Origin: Octopus vulgaris
Lineage: Eukaryota
Reading direction: 5' to 3'
Length of the DNA: 64,000 bases
Assembly: GCA_951406725.2 (NCBI GenBank)
Contig: OX597820.1
Span: 8,804,001-8,868,000 of the forward strand
Part shown: positions 1-13,131 of the stretch, piece after piece
How the letters are laid out: each line of letters begins with the position of its first letter
Position numbering within the stretch: position 1 is the first letter of the stretch
Notes under the pieces: generated by a model
Databases searched by the model: none
What the model was told of the DNA's origin: nothing
What the model saw: the letters and a program-made list of their open reading frames with translations, nothing else
Made by a program: the position numbers and the translations under genes

Positions 1-436
1 TAAATTCCTCCGTTATTGTCAGACAGAACAAAAACCATTTTTCTTGTATATTAACAACAGAGAATAAACAAAAAAAAAACAACAACAAAAGACATTTAAT
101 GATTAAATAACAAGTAAATTAAAATTTTAAAATAAAAACAATGTACATAAATGGAGATAATGACATTAAAAAAAAACAACAAAAAAAACAAAAACAAAAG
201 GCTATTTACACACGTCTACAATTTCGGTCAAGACAATGCATGTTTCTGTATAGGTTTTGGCCTGGGAAAAACTGTCGTATTTTAACTGGTTTGAAGAGAG
301 GCTGAAGAGAGAACATTTCACAACACTTCCAACACTGGTAAGGTTTTCGTTTATCTTTCTTTCTTCCAATCTTTTATTTGTTTTCTTAACTTCAAGCTGC
401 CAAACTTCTTTAACATTTATAAAAGATAAAGTAATA

Positions 437-612
<176 letters not shown>

Positions 613-765
613 TATATACTTAATTAGTGTCTTTCAATTTTGTGGGTGTATTCAGTGAAACAACAACAGGAATTATTATTATATGAGGGTCAACTTTATA
701 CTACACAGGGTGAAGCAGAGAAAGAAGTGGATAATAATAATAACAATAATAATAATAATAATAAC

Positions 766-805
<40 letters not shown>

Positions 806-932
806 GTAATAATAATAGTAATAAAACATTTACAGTTCCAAGTAATGTGGAGAAAATGTGGAAACAATGAAAGATGACTGAAAATTGTATATTGTACACA
901 CGTGTACATAGCATAGTGTGCATGAGTGTGTT

Positions 933-973
<41 letters not shown>

Positions 974-1124
974 ACATCTTTTACCTTTTGCTTGTTTTAG
1001 TCATTGGACCGTAGCCATGCTGGAGCACCACATTCAACTGTTTACTCAAACAAAGTGACGGGTTCTATTACCTTGATTGCTTTTTGGCAAATCACTAACT
1101 TTCAAGGACATAACCAAACAAAAT

Positions 1125-1158
1125 GCATGCATACATATATATGTACATGTGCATAAAT

Positions 1159-1190
<32 letters not shown>

Positions 1191-1840
1191 TGCATACATT
1201 TATATATATACATACGCACTCACATATATACATATATACATATATATATATATATAAATATACATGTATATCTATAAATATATATACATACACACACACA
1301 CACATATATATTTGCATACATTTATATATATACATACACACTCACATATATACATATTCTCTTTTATTTATTTTTTTTTCTCTTTTACTTGTTTCAGTCA
1401 TTTGACTGCGGCCATGCTGGAGCACCGCCTTTAATCGAGCAACTCAATCCATAAATATATATACATATCCATAAATATATATACATATACACATACACAC
1501 ATATATGTTTGCATACATTTATATATATACATACACACTCACATATATACATATATATATAAATATATATGTATATCCATAAATATATATACATACACAC
1601 ACACACACATATATGTTTGCATACATTTATATATATATACATACACACTCACATATACACATATATATATAAATATACATGTATATCCATAAATATATAT
1701 ACATACACACACACACACACACACACATATATGTTTGCATACATTTATATATATACATACACACTCACCTATATACATATATATAAATATACATGTATAT
1801 CCATAAATATATATACATATACACACATACACACACATAT
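1125..1840. repeat. Compound TA/CA minisatellite (unit about 115-125 bp)
   Basis: Recurrent ttgcatacatttatatatatacatacacactcac anchor, interrupted by a SINE fragment at 1378-1445. Confidence 0.85.
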
Positions 1841-1868
1841 TTATTTATTTATTTATTTATTTATCTAT

Positions 1869-2250
1869 AGAATAAGGAGAAAATGGAGAGGTAATTAATA
1901 GAATATTATTTATTAATTATAAAATATGACAACATCACCGACAGCTGTTTCGATTCAGAAATCTTTAGATAATTAATTTATAAAATTAAAAATAATTATA
2001 AGATGAATCTCTTCAGAAGTAGTAAGGATATACTGATTAGAAATATTATGGCTATAAAACCGTTAACAGTTTTATAGCCATTATTGTATTTCTAATCGGT
2101 ATAACTTTACTTCTTCGGAAGAGATTCATCTTATAATTTTATAAATTAATTATCTAAAGATTTCTGAATCGAAACAGCTGTCGGAATGTTGTCATATTTT
2201 ACAATTAATAAATAATTTTATAAATTATCTCTCCATTTTCTCCTTATTCT
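1869..2250. repeat. Long imperfect inverted repeat (about 190-bp arms) with a hammerhead-like motif in each arm; Penelope pLTR-like
   Basis: Arms start agaataaggagaaaatggagag and end ctctccattttctccttattct, with the centre near 2065. Left arm (minus) has CUGAAGA GAUUCA...UGAAUC GAAAC AGCU GUC. Right arm (plus) has CGGAAGA...GAAAC AGCU GUC. Confidence 0.75.
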
Positions 2251-2252
2251 TT

Positions 2253-2316
<64 letters not shown>

Positions 2317-2735
2317 ATGAACCACGGTTTATATGGTTACCTTATAGTTGATCTTTCTGTAGATTGGGAACTAACCAGGATTTTCATTGGATTTATGAAC
2401 CCTTAACGAAGTTTATTACCTTCACTTGATACTATATTTATTTTTAAATATATATATAAAATTAACATACATACATACATACATACATACATACATACAT
2501 ACATACACATATATATGTAAATAAATACTTATTGCATTTACTATACAACGCACATGCACACACACACACATGCACATGTAGATTTTTAACCGTGGTGACC
2601 AGTGGCACTGACTATTAACTCTCTAAATTTCATATTGAGATAAATGCGATAAAGTTTTGTGTGGAATTTATGGGGAACAGGTAAATCATAGAACAGCAGG
2701 TGATAATAGTAATTCTAAGTGTCCAAACTCTTATG

Positions 2736-2910
2736 TTATGTGGGGCTTTGCTCGTTACTACCCAGGAATTTCTCTTTCTCGTTAGCACCTGGTGTCTGTG
2801 GTGCGCTGTCATTCTCACAATTATTTTGGAATTTGGCATGCAGCTGGATCTTCACAGCATGGATGCGGAAATGAAGTCGAGACTCAAGCATGTAGCCTTT
2901 GTAGTTTCTT
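2736..2910 (-). CDS. TTC39B: TTC39B-like last coding exon (RNYKGYMLESRLHFRIHAVKIQ...SNEQSPT-stop)
   Basis: NYxxYxLESRLHFRI C-terminal signature, tttcag acceptor, TAA at 2738-2736. Confidence 0.96.
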
Positions 2911-3385
2911 CTGAAAAGGAAATGTAGACCAGGTTAATACATCTATGCCTCATGTCCCTTAAGCAGGAGACTCAAAAAATTCATTGAATTTTAGTAAAGA
3001 AATAAATTAAACTTTAGGCATTGATGGGGGGAGCTGGTTGAACGGGGTTCTGTGAACTTAACTCTTAAAGTCTTTTAATGTTTTCTCAACATAAATTTCT
3101 TAATCCTGTTAAAAACTAGAAATTTCTTAATCCTGCAGTCAGTCTGATATAAAGATCATAAATATAAAAACTATTGCATGGATTTGGGTGAACTTTGCTG
3201 ACAGGATATAACTGTTAGGGGACATTGTGAATGTGTTTTCGTTTTTTTATTTGTCATGTCATTTTCACCAGCCAAAGTAAGTGGAATACTGCTAAGTTGA
3301 TTAAACACAAATATTCTGACATATATTTACAAGAAGTCGATTCCCTAATGACATCATTAGTAAATAAATATTGATATTTAAATTA

Positions 3386-3756
3386 TCTCTCTATATATAT
3401 ATATACATGGCAAAATGTCTGTCTGTGTGTGTGTCCTTTATACAAATCCACAGTTTTTCTGTTAGAGGGTTCTCACTTTCTATGGTCATTCAAAACCGTC
3501 CAAGGGTGGTCGTGCACATCTTTACATTTCCCCAGTCACCCCGCAAAGCCATTAAAAAAATCAATAGAAGTGACTTTTTTGTGAATTTTTAATCCAAAAC
3601 TCAATCAAAATGCCCAAAACTTGATACGCCAATTGAATGCCAGCTAGCTGCATGTGACTGGTCGGAGATTTGGACAGTACTCGCGTGTATGTGCACATGC
3701 AGCTGTATATGCATGCACTAGCACTACAACCCGGCAACGTTGGGTCGTAGTGCTAG
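3386..3756 (+). mobile_element. Non-autonomous Helitron, family H1
   Basis: A|TC start, GC-rich subterminal hairpin, CTAG|T end, no TSD. Close copy at 21651-22018. Confidence 0.8.
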
Positions 3757-4440
3757 TAATAAATAATATCAATGAATTCTAACTTGTTCTTTGAGATGCT
3801 AACTGCTATTAACCTTGAAAATTGAAGGAAGTCAAAATCCAAAGAAATTTACTAGACAATATGCAAAAAATAAAGACACATGGTACACACAGGAAGTCTT
3901 TTGACAGGAAGCTAAACTTTGTTTCTCATACAGAAAAATATTTTTGACCCCCAAACAACAACACTATTTGAAATGCAGATTTGCACAGTTTGTTGGTGGT
4001 AAAGGAAATTTATAGGTCATTGTTGATGGATTAACAGAGGTTAAGATGGGTTAAGGTAGGTTTATTAGTAAATGTGATTTTGTAACAAGATCACACATTT
4101 TGTCAGGATAGAGTGGATTAAATCAATACAGGGTACTGGATTAATTCAATCAACTTTATGATGATGATAGTGATCATGATGATGAAGATGATGATGATAT
4201 ACTCTTCAGAGGGATTTGAACTCAGAATGTAAATGACATAACCAAGCTATTCTGCCAAATTGCAGCCACCAGAGTAAAATTGATGGTATTAAAACTTCAT
4301 CTATAAATAGACATTAGACACATCTGGAAGACATCTGTAAAACAAATGTTAGATACCAGTTGGACATCTGGAGAGTTATGTTAGACACCAGGTAGCTTTC
4401 AGACATCTGGTAGACAACAGTTAAGAGGAAATGTCAGAGC

Positions 4441-4812
4441 AGGTGCCAGTAAGGTGATGCTGGTAACGATCACGCTTGAATGGTGTCTTTTACGTGCCAC
4501 CGGCACGGAGGCCAGATAGCCGCTCTGGCAACGATCACGCTCGGATGGTGCTCTTAATACCCTACTAGCACAGGGCTCGAGTGCCAGTAATGCGACACTG
4601 GTAACAATCACGCTCGAATGGTGCCTTTTAAGTGCCACCGGCACGGAGGCCAGATAGCCGCTTGGGCAACGATCACGTTCGGATGGTGCTATTAATACTC
4701 TACTAGCACGGGGCTCAAGTGCCAGTAAGGCGACGCTGGTAAGGATCACGCTCAAATGGTGCCTTTTAAGTGCCACTGGCACTGAGGCCGGTTAGCCGCT
4801 CCGTCAATGATC
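4441..4812 (-). repeat. Tandem ~138-bp subrepeats from the family D element body
   Basis: gtgccagtaa recurs at about 4443, 4582 and 4719. The same unit occurs in 56520-56760. Confidence 0.75.
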
Positions 4813-4898
4813 ACATGTCCCAACATATTTTACCGTCATCTCTCTCTCATACCATTCCCCTCGATTGTCTGTGTGTAGAAAATTAGGGATGTACTTAC

Positions 4899-5015
4899 TT
4901 GGCTTTTTGTATATAATTCTGGACATCAGCTGGCTTCTGTAGAATCAGGTACATCAGTGACAGCTCCAGGTGAGCATAAGGGACCAAATAAGTATCGATC
5001 TTTATCTTCTTTTCA
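4899..5015 (-). CDS. TTC39B: TTC39B-like exon 16 (EKKIKIDTYLVPYAHLELSLMYLILQKPADVQNYIQKA-K)
   Basis: EKxxKxDxYLVP..EL TPR-like motif, ttccag acceptor, gtaagt donor. Confidence 0.94.
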
Positions 5016-5135
5016 CTGGAATAGATGAAATTACCATGTTAGTTTGTAAAGAAGACAATGATAATTCAAGTGTTAAAGGATGGATATATTTATATATAAA
5101 ATCAATCAAGCCAAACACGCGCGCGCGCACACACA

Positions 5136-5188
<53 letters not shown>

Positions 5189-5882
5189 ACTGAACATGTA
5201 GTAATCAGTTCACTAACCAGATGTATGTAATTACTGATTTTATGGAAGCAACACACCATATTACTGGAAAAGTTGCTTTACAGATTGGATATGAATATTT
5301 CTACAGAACTCCTTAAACAGTTCATTTACTGTATTTACATTCCTCCTCTTCATTTTTACATCCACTTTCCATGCTAGCATCTGTTATATGAATCATCATA
5401 ATCCAAGTCAATGTATATTTGGTGCCACTGCCCTCATAGATAAGGCAGTGGGCCACATGTTGCATTTGTGACTAGGTCTCTACAGATACTTTATGGGTGT
5501 AGCAGATATATTTTAAAGTAGCATCAACAACACTAGAGAGATTGTAAACTTCTCAGCGAGACTGACCTAAAGTGGTTTTTCAATTCTAGGCTTTCTCTGT
5601 TCAATTAGCCGACCCCTTTAATATACAAAAGGCACTACTTGCTGTGTGTTTCCTGATCAATACTTTTATACACTTAGATCTAACAGTAAAATTTAAATAA
5701 TCTTTAAAGTAAAGCAATATCAAGCTGTGAATGGTTAAAATTAGCCAGAATCATGGCTAAAATTAGTGAAGAAAAAATATAAGAAAACAACGAATAAGAA
5801 TTAAAATAATAAACACAACCTCTGCAGCCACCACCACACAACACTGACAATAGTAAACCCCAAAATAATCACTGGTACTTAC

Positions 5883-6000
5883 TATCCAATAACCTCCAGG
5901 AAACATTGCTCAGCTTGGAAATATTGTCCTCGGTATTTGAGACAAACTCCCTTCAGTAAAAGAGCTAGACTGTAGTCATCGTGGTAATTGGGATAAGCAT
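5883..6000 (-). CDS. TTC39B: TTC39B-like exon 15 (DAYPNYHDDYSLALLLKGVCLKYRGQYFQAEQCFLEVIG-Y)
   Basis: DDxxLxxLLKGxCLK...QAExCF motif, tttcag acceptor, gtaagt donor. Confidence 0.95.
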
Positions 6001-6035
6001 CTGAAAAGGAAAGAAATATTTGTAAATAACAGGTT

Positions 6036-6512
6036 AAGCCATATTCCGAACGCCTTACTTCTTCCCTGGCCATGGACACATTAAAACTCCGACGTCTGGC
6101 AGCTGACTTGGCAGACACCCATAAAATTATCAACCATCGCACAAACAATAGCTCTGAGCCCCTTTTCAAACTCCACCTGTCTAACACACGTGGACATATT
6201 TACAAAGTCAGAAAACAGCACAGCTCCCATGACTTTAGGAAACATTTTTTCACGCTGAGAGTTGCTGAAGCATGGAACAAACTGCCAGCATCAGTTGTTA
6301 GTTGTCGGATCACTGCATCCTTCAAAACTTCCATGCTTTCTGAGATTCGCCAACACTACACCTGCTTTTCTCCCCTCCATACACACGCAAGCATGTATCT
6401 GACTCATACACTGTTCGCTTTCCAGACATTTTTACATTACTGCATGTATTTTATATGCACTTTCTGACAAGTTGTGGTGCACCTGAGCACTGTATACAAT
6501 AACTTCATTGTT
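6036..6512 (+). mobile_element. CR1-clade LINE 3' end
   Basis: LKLRRLAADL...TRGH.YKV.K...RKHFFTLRVAEAWNKLP..VV....SFK, then a 3' UTR and (ATT)-like tail. Confidence 0.85.
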
Positions 6513-6674
6513 ATTTTATTTTAAGACTTCACTGACATTTCTCACGGTACCTCACAGCTCTTCTGCCATACACTCTGCTAGGAGATCCCTAAAGGATCTT
6601 AATGACTATGTTGTTGCAACTACTGTGAGGTCCTGCTACAAAGTCCTAACTTCTATGATATATAATATATATAT

Positions 6675-6873
6675 AATGAAATTGTTGTATACAGTGCTCA
6701 GGTGCACCACAACTTGTCAGAAAGTGCGTATAAAGCATATGCAGTCATGTACAAATGTCTGGAAAGTGAACAGTGTATGAGTCAGATACATGGTTACGTG
6801 TGTATGGAGGGGAGAAAATTAGGTGTAGTGTTGGCGAATCTCAGGAAGCATGGAAGTTTTGAAGGATGCAGTC
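6675..6873 (-). mobile_element. CR1-clade LINE 3' UTR, inverted copy
   Basis: Reverse complement of about 6312-6510. Confidence 0.8.
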
Positions 6874-8040
6874 CTAATGATGTCCTAATTGCTATGTATT
6901 CTATATTTTCTATTTATTGGAATAGCTATTTCATAAGGAAACTTTCCCCCCTTCCGGTTTTCAGGTAGCAACAATCAGTGGAAATGCTCTGCAATATAAA
7001 TAACTGGATTATGTATTATCCCAACTCTGACTTGCATGCGTGCACACACACACACACACACCAGTAGTAGCAGCACCGCCACCACCACCATCACCACCAC
7101 TCCACCACCACCACCACCATCATTTCAATGTTCTCTTTTCCTTGCTTGCATAAGTCAGGCAGCATTTGCCAAGGCAAATTTTCTACGGCTGGATGCCCTT
7201 TCTGTTGTCAGCCATCACCTGTTTCCAGATAAGGCATTATTTCTCCATGGCCATATACACACACACATACACAAGCATACATCTGTATGTATGCACGTGT
7301 GTGTGTGTGTATGTGTGTGTGTGTGTTTGTACCTTTTTTGATTGGACATTGTATAGTAGTTGTAAAGGAGTGTCCCTGTCATACAAGCAGTGTCCATTCA
7401 TTTCCAATATTCAGTGAGAAAATATCTGGAGATGGGGAAATATTATCTAGCTTGGAAACAGGTACAGGTTGGTGACAGGAAGGGCATCTGGCAGTAGAAA
7501 ATCTGTCTTAATAAACTTCATCCAACCCTTGCAAGCTTGGAAAATTGGAGATGAAAGTGATGATGATGATGATGATGATGACAATAAGGCTATACATTTG
7601 GGAGCAAGAAACAACCATTTAAATAGATCCCTCTTATATGACTAGTATTTACCTTATGAATGCCAGGAAAATGAAAGGCAAAGTCCACCTTGGCAGGATT
7701 TAAACTCAAATCATGCAGTGATTTTACTAAACAGCATAAGGTATTCACCAGCCACAAGGAGAGAGAAAAAAAGGGATAATGGAAATTAAGCATTTGATAG
7801 CAAATACTTGAAATTAGGTTGTCTGATTTTTGTGGCTTAGTTTAGGGTCTCTCAAGAACTTCCAGCATAATTTCTTTAAAGAGTGACATCAAAGTTTATA
7901 TATGTTAGGGACTTACAAAATATAAACATAACTTAGACACTGGAAAAAAAGTGACACCTACAACCTTTGATAGGGCCTCAGAGAATGGTGGAGAGCAAAC
8001 TGACTTTAATACTTGCAAGAGAGTAGATTCTGTTAGAGTT

Positions 8041-8227
8041 CTTTAAGGGTGACCTGCTGCTAAACTTGGCCAGGTTGAGCGAAGTCTTTAAGGGTGACCT
8101 GTTGCTAAACTGGGCCAGAATGAGTGAAGTCTTTAAGGGGGACATGTTGCTAAGCTTGGCCAGAATGAGTGGAATCTTTAAGGGGGACCTGTTGCTAAAC
8201 TTGGCCAGAATGAGTGAAGTCTTTAAG
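8041..8227. repeat. 45-bp minisatellite, about 4 copies
   Basis: Unit ctttaagggtgacctgctgctaaacttggccaggttgagcgaagt; the ORF across it shows a 15-aa period. Confidence 0.9.
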
Positions 8228-8735
8228 TGGTCCACATAACCATTCTTGATACAGAGGCTGGAAGCTGGATCTTTACTTTTTGACCAACAGATTTATAAAA
8301 TAATTTTTTGTAACTAAACACTTTCAAACTTCGGACACTGGTAGAATGTGTCATATAAAACATCTTTTACTCTTAGCGTTTTTGAGAAAAGCTTATATTT
8401 AGGAAGTTATTTCACATTAAAGTTGTCATGTTATGGTAATTCCAACCAATCAATGACGTGTATTCAGCTGAATAAAATTACTGCTGTTGTTTGTCCACAA
8501 GAACTTCCGATTGAACTACAGCTGGATGACCTTCCTAACGCCAACCACTCCGTGAGTGTAGTGGGTGCTTTTTACATGCCACCGGCACAGGTGCCAGACG
8601 AGGCTGGCAGTGGCCATGATTGGTTGGTGCTTTTTATGTGCCACCGGCACGGAGGCCAAACTATAAAAATGTATTTCTCCACTATGGATAGAGTTGAATA
8701 ACTGAAACCAATGACGGAACAAAAGACTACATTAC

Positions 8736-8847
8736 CAGGATTCGATGTGATGGTATTGATGGTAGATTCAACCATATCCATAAACGGGGTCAACAGATGC
8801 TCTTTCTTTCCAATTATTGTAAAGCCGTTCCACACATAAAGAAGTTC
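8736..8847 (-). CDS. TTC39B: TTC39B-like exon 14 (ELLYVWNGFTIIGKKEHLLTPFMDMVESTINTITSNP)
   Basis: ExxYVWNGF motif, ttgcag acceptor, gtaatg donor. Confidence 0.96.
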
Positions 8848-8929
8848 CTGCAACAAAAATAAAAAAGCAGCAATGACTTGGAATGTTTTGAATTGTTGCT
8901 GGTGTTTGTTTGTTTGTTTGTTTGTTGAG

Positions 8930-9308
8930 TGAAGCGGTCTTCATCCCAGAGCTTGCAAGATCGTGCATCTATAGTGGGAGAAGTCTGAAATGTTGGTCCT
9001 TTGCTATTCGTAAGACCCGCAGAAGAGAAAAGCAGGTCAACCCCCGACACCGAGAGCATCGACGGATGGATGAATGCGCATCCAGGCTCAGCGGTTACGT
9101 AGGAAGTCAGGGACAGGAAACAGGAAGAAAGAGTGAGAGAAAGTTGGAGCAAAAGAGTACAACAGGGGTCGCCACTACCCCCTGCCGGAACCTCATGGAG
9201 CTTTAGGTGTTTTCGCTCAATAAACACACACAACGCCCAGTCTGGGAATCGAAACCGCGATCCTCCGACTGCGAGTCCGCTGTCCTAACCATTGGGCCAT
9301 TGCGCCCC
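8930..9308 (-). mobile_element. tRNA-derived SINE, family C
   Basis: Head matches 33489-33610; body partly different. Confidence 0.75.
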
Positions 9309-10565
9309 CACTGTTGCTGGTGTTGTAGTTGTTGTGCATTGTTGTTATTGTTAGTGTTACTGTTGTTGTTACTGTTAATGTGGTCCATATTGTTGCTATT
9401 AGCACATATTTTTACCACCATTTATTAACATAGAGTATCATTACCATATATTGACGTATATTATCATCATCAAGTATTAGCATATATTAGCATAAATTAG
9501 CATATATTATCAATCTCTTACAACATATACTTGTCTCATCTGTGAAGTATTACTTGTAACCCTCTTCAAACCTTCCCCTGAAATTACACTTCTGTGAAGT
9601 TTCCCCTTTAACAGCCCCAATAAACCCTGTCACACTAACATCCCTAGTCCTGTTTTACTCACAAACACCTTCACTCCTCTGTACAGCTTTATTCATTAAC
9701 ATCCCCAACAGTCAATCTTCACTTACAGTCATTCATTAAAAGGTGGTGAATTCGCAGTCATTACAGTGTAGATCAAAATACCTTGTGGTGTTTGTTTTGA
9801 ATTAAAATCCCTCCTCAGGACAAATTTACCTTTCATCCTTTTGGAGTTGATAAATAAAGTACCAGTCTGGTGGGGTGGAGCTGGGGTTTATTGGTGGCAT
9901 TTGGTTCCGTTTGTTTGCATTCTGAGTTCAAATTCCACCATGGCCTACTTGGGTAGTAGACGTAACCTATCCCCCAATTTAAACCCCTAGCGCCACCATT
10001 CCTAGGAACTAGGCTGACTTTAGTGGAGTTCAATCTGTTGAAGTCAGGTCTCTAGTTTAAAGTTATCTTCCTCCCATCTCCCCCCCACCACCACCAGTCA
10101 CTGAGATCCTGCAAACGGTCATAGGTAGTACCTTCCCTCTCTGAGTAGTAAACAAAAAAAAAATACCATTCCAGCTATCAATTCATTGGATAACTAAATC
10201 CCACTTTTTGCCTGTGTAACCTTGTTATTCCTTTACTTTTGTTGCACTTGTAATCTTACTGCCCCAAGAATCTTGTTGTCTTCATTATACTGTTGCCCCT
10301 GTAGTCTTGTTACCCTAATAATCTTGTCCTTTTCTTAAAACGCTATCCATAACTATTCCTCATAAAATCTTTTAGTCTACTATCCTCAGGTACTACCTTC
10401 TTATAACCAAAATTCCATGATAAGCATAAACAGCCAAACAGTTCTAAGGATTTAATAATAATAAAAAAAACCTTCATGTCACTCACACACAAATCTTCAG
10501 TAAAGCTTGGGGTTGTTCTGTCTCTGGGAGCTAATTCTTTCATCCAAATATTAACGAGATATACA

Positions 10566-10963
10566 TCTTTATATATAAAAGTAAGGTTGTGTGTCTGTCT
10601 CCTACGATTTAGATTCCTAACTACTTCCACATTTTGCGGTGCAGTTTAACCAAAACCGGGGTATCTTATAGTCGTGATTCATATCGAGCCCTTCTGGGTA
10701 TTAGCGCGCGTCTACGATGAGTCTACGATTTTAAAAAATAATTTACCATCATTTTTTTCCATTTTAATGCATTTTTCGCTAATATATAAGGGAAGTAACT
10801 CTCTAAAAATGTCTACGATGAGTCAACGATTTAAAAAAAAATTTACCATGATTTTTTTTCCATTTTTAATGCATTTTTTTGCTATTTTTTGGCTATAACT
10901 CTCTAAAAATTCTTTATAGTTATTTCCCTTACAAACCCGAGCAACGCCGGGCGATACTGCTAG
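10566..10963 (+). mobile_element. Non-autonomous Helitron, family H2 (2 internal repeat units)
   Basis: A|TCTTTATATATAAAAGT start, cccgagcaacgccggg hairpin, CTAG|T end. Confidence 0.8.
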
Positions 10964-11138
10964 TTAATAATAAAGCAGCTGTTAAACCAATTAATCTATT
11001 AATTAAATGAACATGACACAAATGCTAATCTTACGGCTTCCATAATCACATTACTAATGAAACAACAACTGTTAATCCTATTGTCTAATTAAGCTAATTA
11101 ATAATGACACATGCAATTAAGACATCTTTACCACTTAC

Positions 11139-11256
11139 CAATCCAGGCAACGTCAACTTGCCGCCTTGACTAAAGAATCTATTGGCTTTACAAACAGCAA
11201 ACTTTTCAATGGGGAGGGACTTGCCAGCAATCCGTTGCTTCAGTTTAGGGACCTCC
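11139..11256 (-). CDS. TTC39B: TTC39B-like exon 13 (EVPKLKQRIAGKSLPIEKFAVCKANRFFSQGGKLTLPGL)
   Basis: LKQRIAGKSxPxEKFAV signature, ttgcag acceptor, gtaagt donor. Confidence 0.97.
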
Positions 11257-11281
11257 CTGCAAAGTAACAATCATATATATA

Positions 11282-11323
<42 letters not shown>

Positions 11324-11507
11324 AGAGTTTACAACAAAAACAAAAGACAAAGACAGGTGGTGTACAAAACAAACAGATGTATTAGTATAACGCTCAGGAA
11401 TAGAAAAAGTCTTTTACATTTCGAGCCTACGCTCTTCTACAGAAAAGGACACAGAAAAAACAAGGAGAGAAAAAATGTGTGTAGTGGCTAACGATCTATC
11501 ATGGCAA

Positions 11508-11568
<61 letters not shown>

Positions 11569-12009
11569 TATGATTAATTCATGGAATGAAGTTCTACAAA
11601 TCCAGCCATATTTGTCAAAAATGGAGGGGATAAGCTGTTAAAAAGAAGTTTATTAATGCTTACAATCATTTTATACATAACATTATATTGTATAGAAATA
11701 ATACATTTCTGAATCTCCAGAGAGACTTATGCAGTAGTGATACGATAAAGTAGTTGTATGCTGTCAACTTAATGTGACAGTCCCATGAGGGGGAATCACA
11801 CTACTGCTATTTAGCCCTAGGAAGCAGCACCACTTCCTGTCAGCCTTGACACATTTCTTGTGTCCTTATGTTTACAAAGGGGAGACAAGCACCCCGACCC
11901 AGCTAAGCCAGCATCCAGAGACTAGTTTTTGAAATCAGTGAGTGTATTTCACTGGAATTATTATATGTTTACGAGGATTAGATGGGCATCTCCAACTAGC
12001 AAGCCTTGC

Positions 12010-12575
12010 AACTCCAGACTGGAATATTCTTTCTATTTCGTTACCATATGACAAAGGTAAATCTTTCTGCTCACTTTGTAATAGTGAAATGTTTTTTTAT
12101 CCTATTCTCAAAGAATCCCCTTATAAACACATTTATAGAACGCGTTTATCGTTGCGAATATTTCTACCATTCTATAAAACTCGACCTTCGACTGTCTTCT
12201 TACAGTTCACTTCCACTAAATATCTCTTCTCCCATTCCTTTAAGCTTTATTCTAATTCACCTATCACTCCATATCTCTCCACTATTAGTTTTCTGCTAAT
12301 TTCTTTCTTTCTCCTCTTTCTCTTTCTATAAACTACCTTTATATCTACTAACAGTTTTTTAAAAAAAAACTTGATAGCGTTCCCTTCATCATATACACAG
12401 TCATCACATTCTGTTAAAATGTCTTTTTGATGTGTTTGGTTTCTTTCTTACCCTGATGAGAAGATTGCAATGTTTTACACCATTTTATTCCTTCTGGAAT
12501 AATACCAATGGTGTCTTTGAAACATATGTTGGAAGTAAAAGAATTTGAATAACACCTGCATTTAACTCCATTTAT
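12010..12575 (+). mobile_element. Penelope-like element 3' remnant (end of GIY-YIG region plus pLTR-like tail)
   Basis: WNILSISLPYDKGKSFCSLCNSEMFF/ILFSKNPLIN (frameshifted) resembles the W-I...Y...C-LC..E...LN end of Penelope ORFs. A hammerhead-like motif follows. Confidence 0.65.
12447..12538 (+). ncRNA. Hammerhead ribozyme-like motif downstream of a Penelope endonuclease remnant
   Basis: CUGAUGA (12453) GAAGA...UCUUU GAAAC AUAU GUU (12530). Stem I is short (cc/gg). Confidence 0.55.
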
Positions 12576-12579
12576 TTAT

Positions 12580-12677
<98 letters not shown>

Positions 12678-13131
12678 CTCACTCTCTCTCTAGATATCAT
12701 CATCATCATCAACATCATTTAACGTCCGTTCTCCATGCTAGCATGGGTTGGACGGTTTGACTGGGGATCTGGGAAGCCAGAAGGCTGCACCATATATATA
12801 TATATATAAATGTACACACATAAAAACACATATATACAAAAATAGAGACACATACAGGCATACATAGATATGCAGATACAGATGCAAACATGCACAACCG
12901 CACTATAACATACATGTGTATATACCAGTATTAAAAATATATTCAAAATTAAGATGGAATAACTAATAACATACAAAGTATTTAGTGACATAGATATGTT
13001 TGGAGTGGGGGGGAGATAAAAATGGGAGTACATATACATAGGTATACAAGGGTATAGATATAAGTAGAAATATGTATGTATACATAAATACATATACATA
13101 GGTATACAAAAAAAATCTACATGCATGTATA

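Noticed and set aside
8284-8510. Possible DNA-transposon or MITE fragment
   Set aside because: No second TIR, TSD or second copy in the window.
11321-11510. Weak hammerhead-like motif in a 190-bp unit between (TA)n tracts
   Set aside because: The core reads UAGAAGA and the stems are marginal, so it is kept only as a possible decayed member and not called as a feature.
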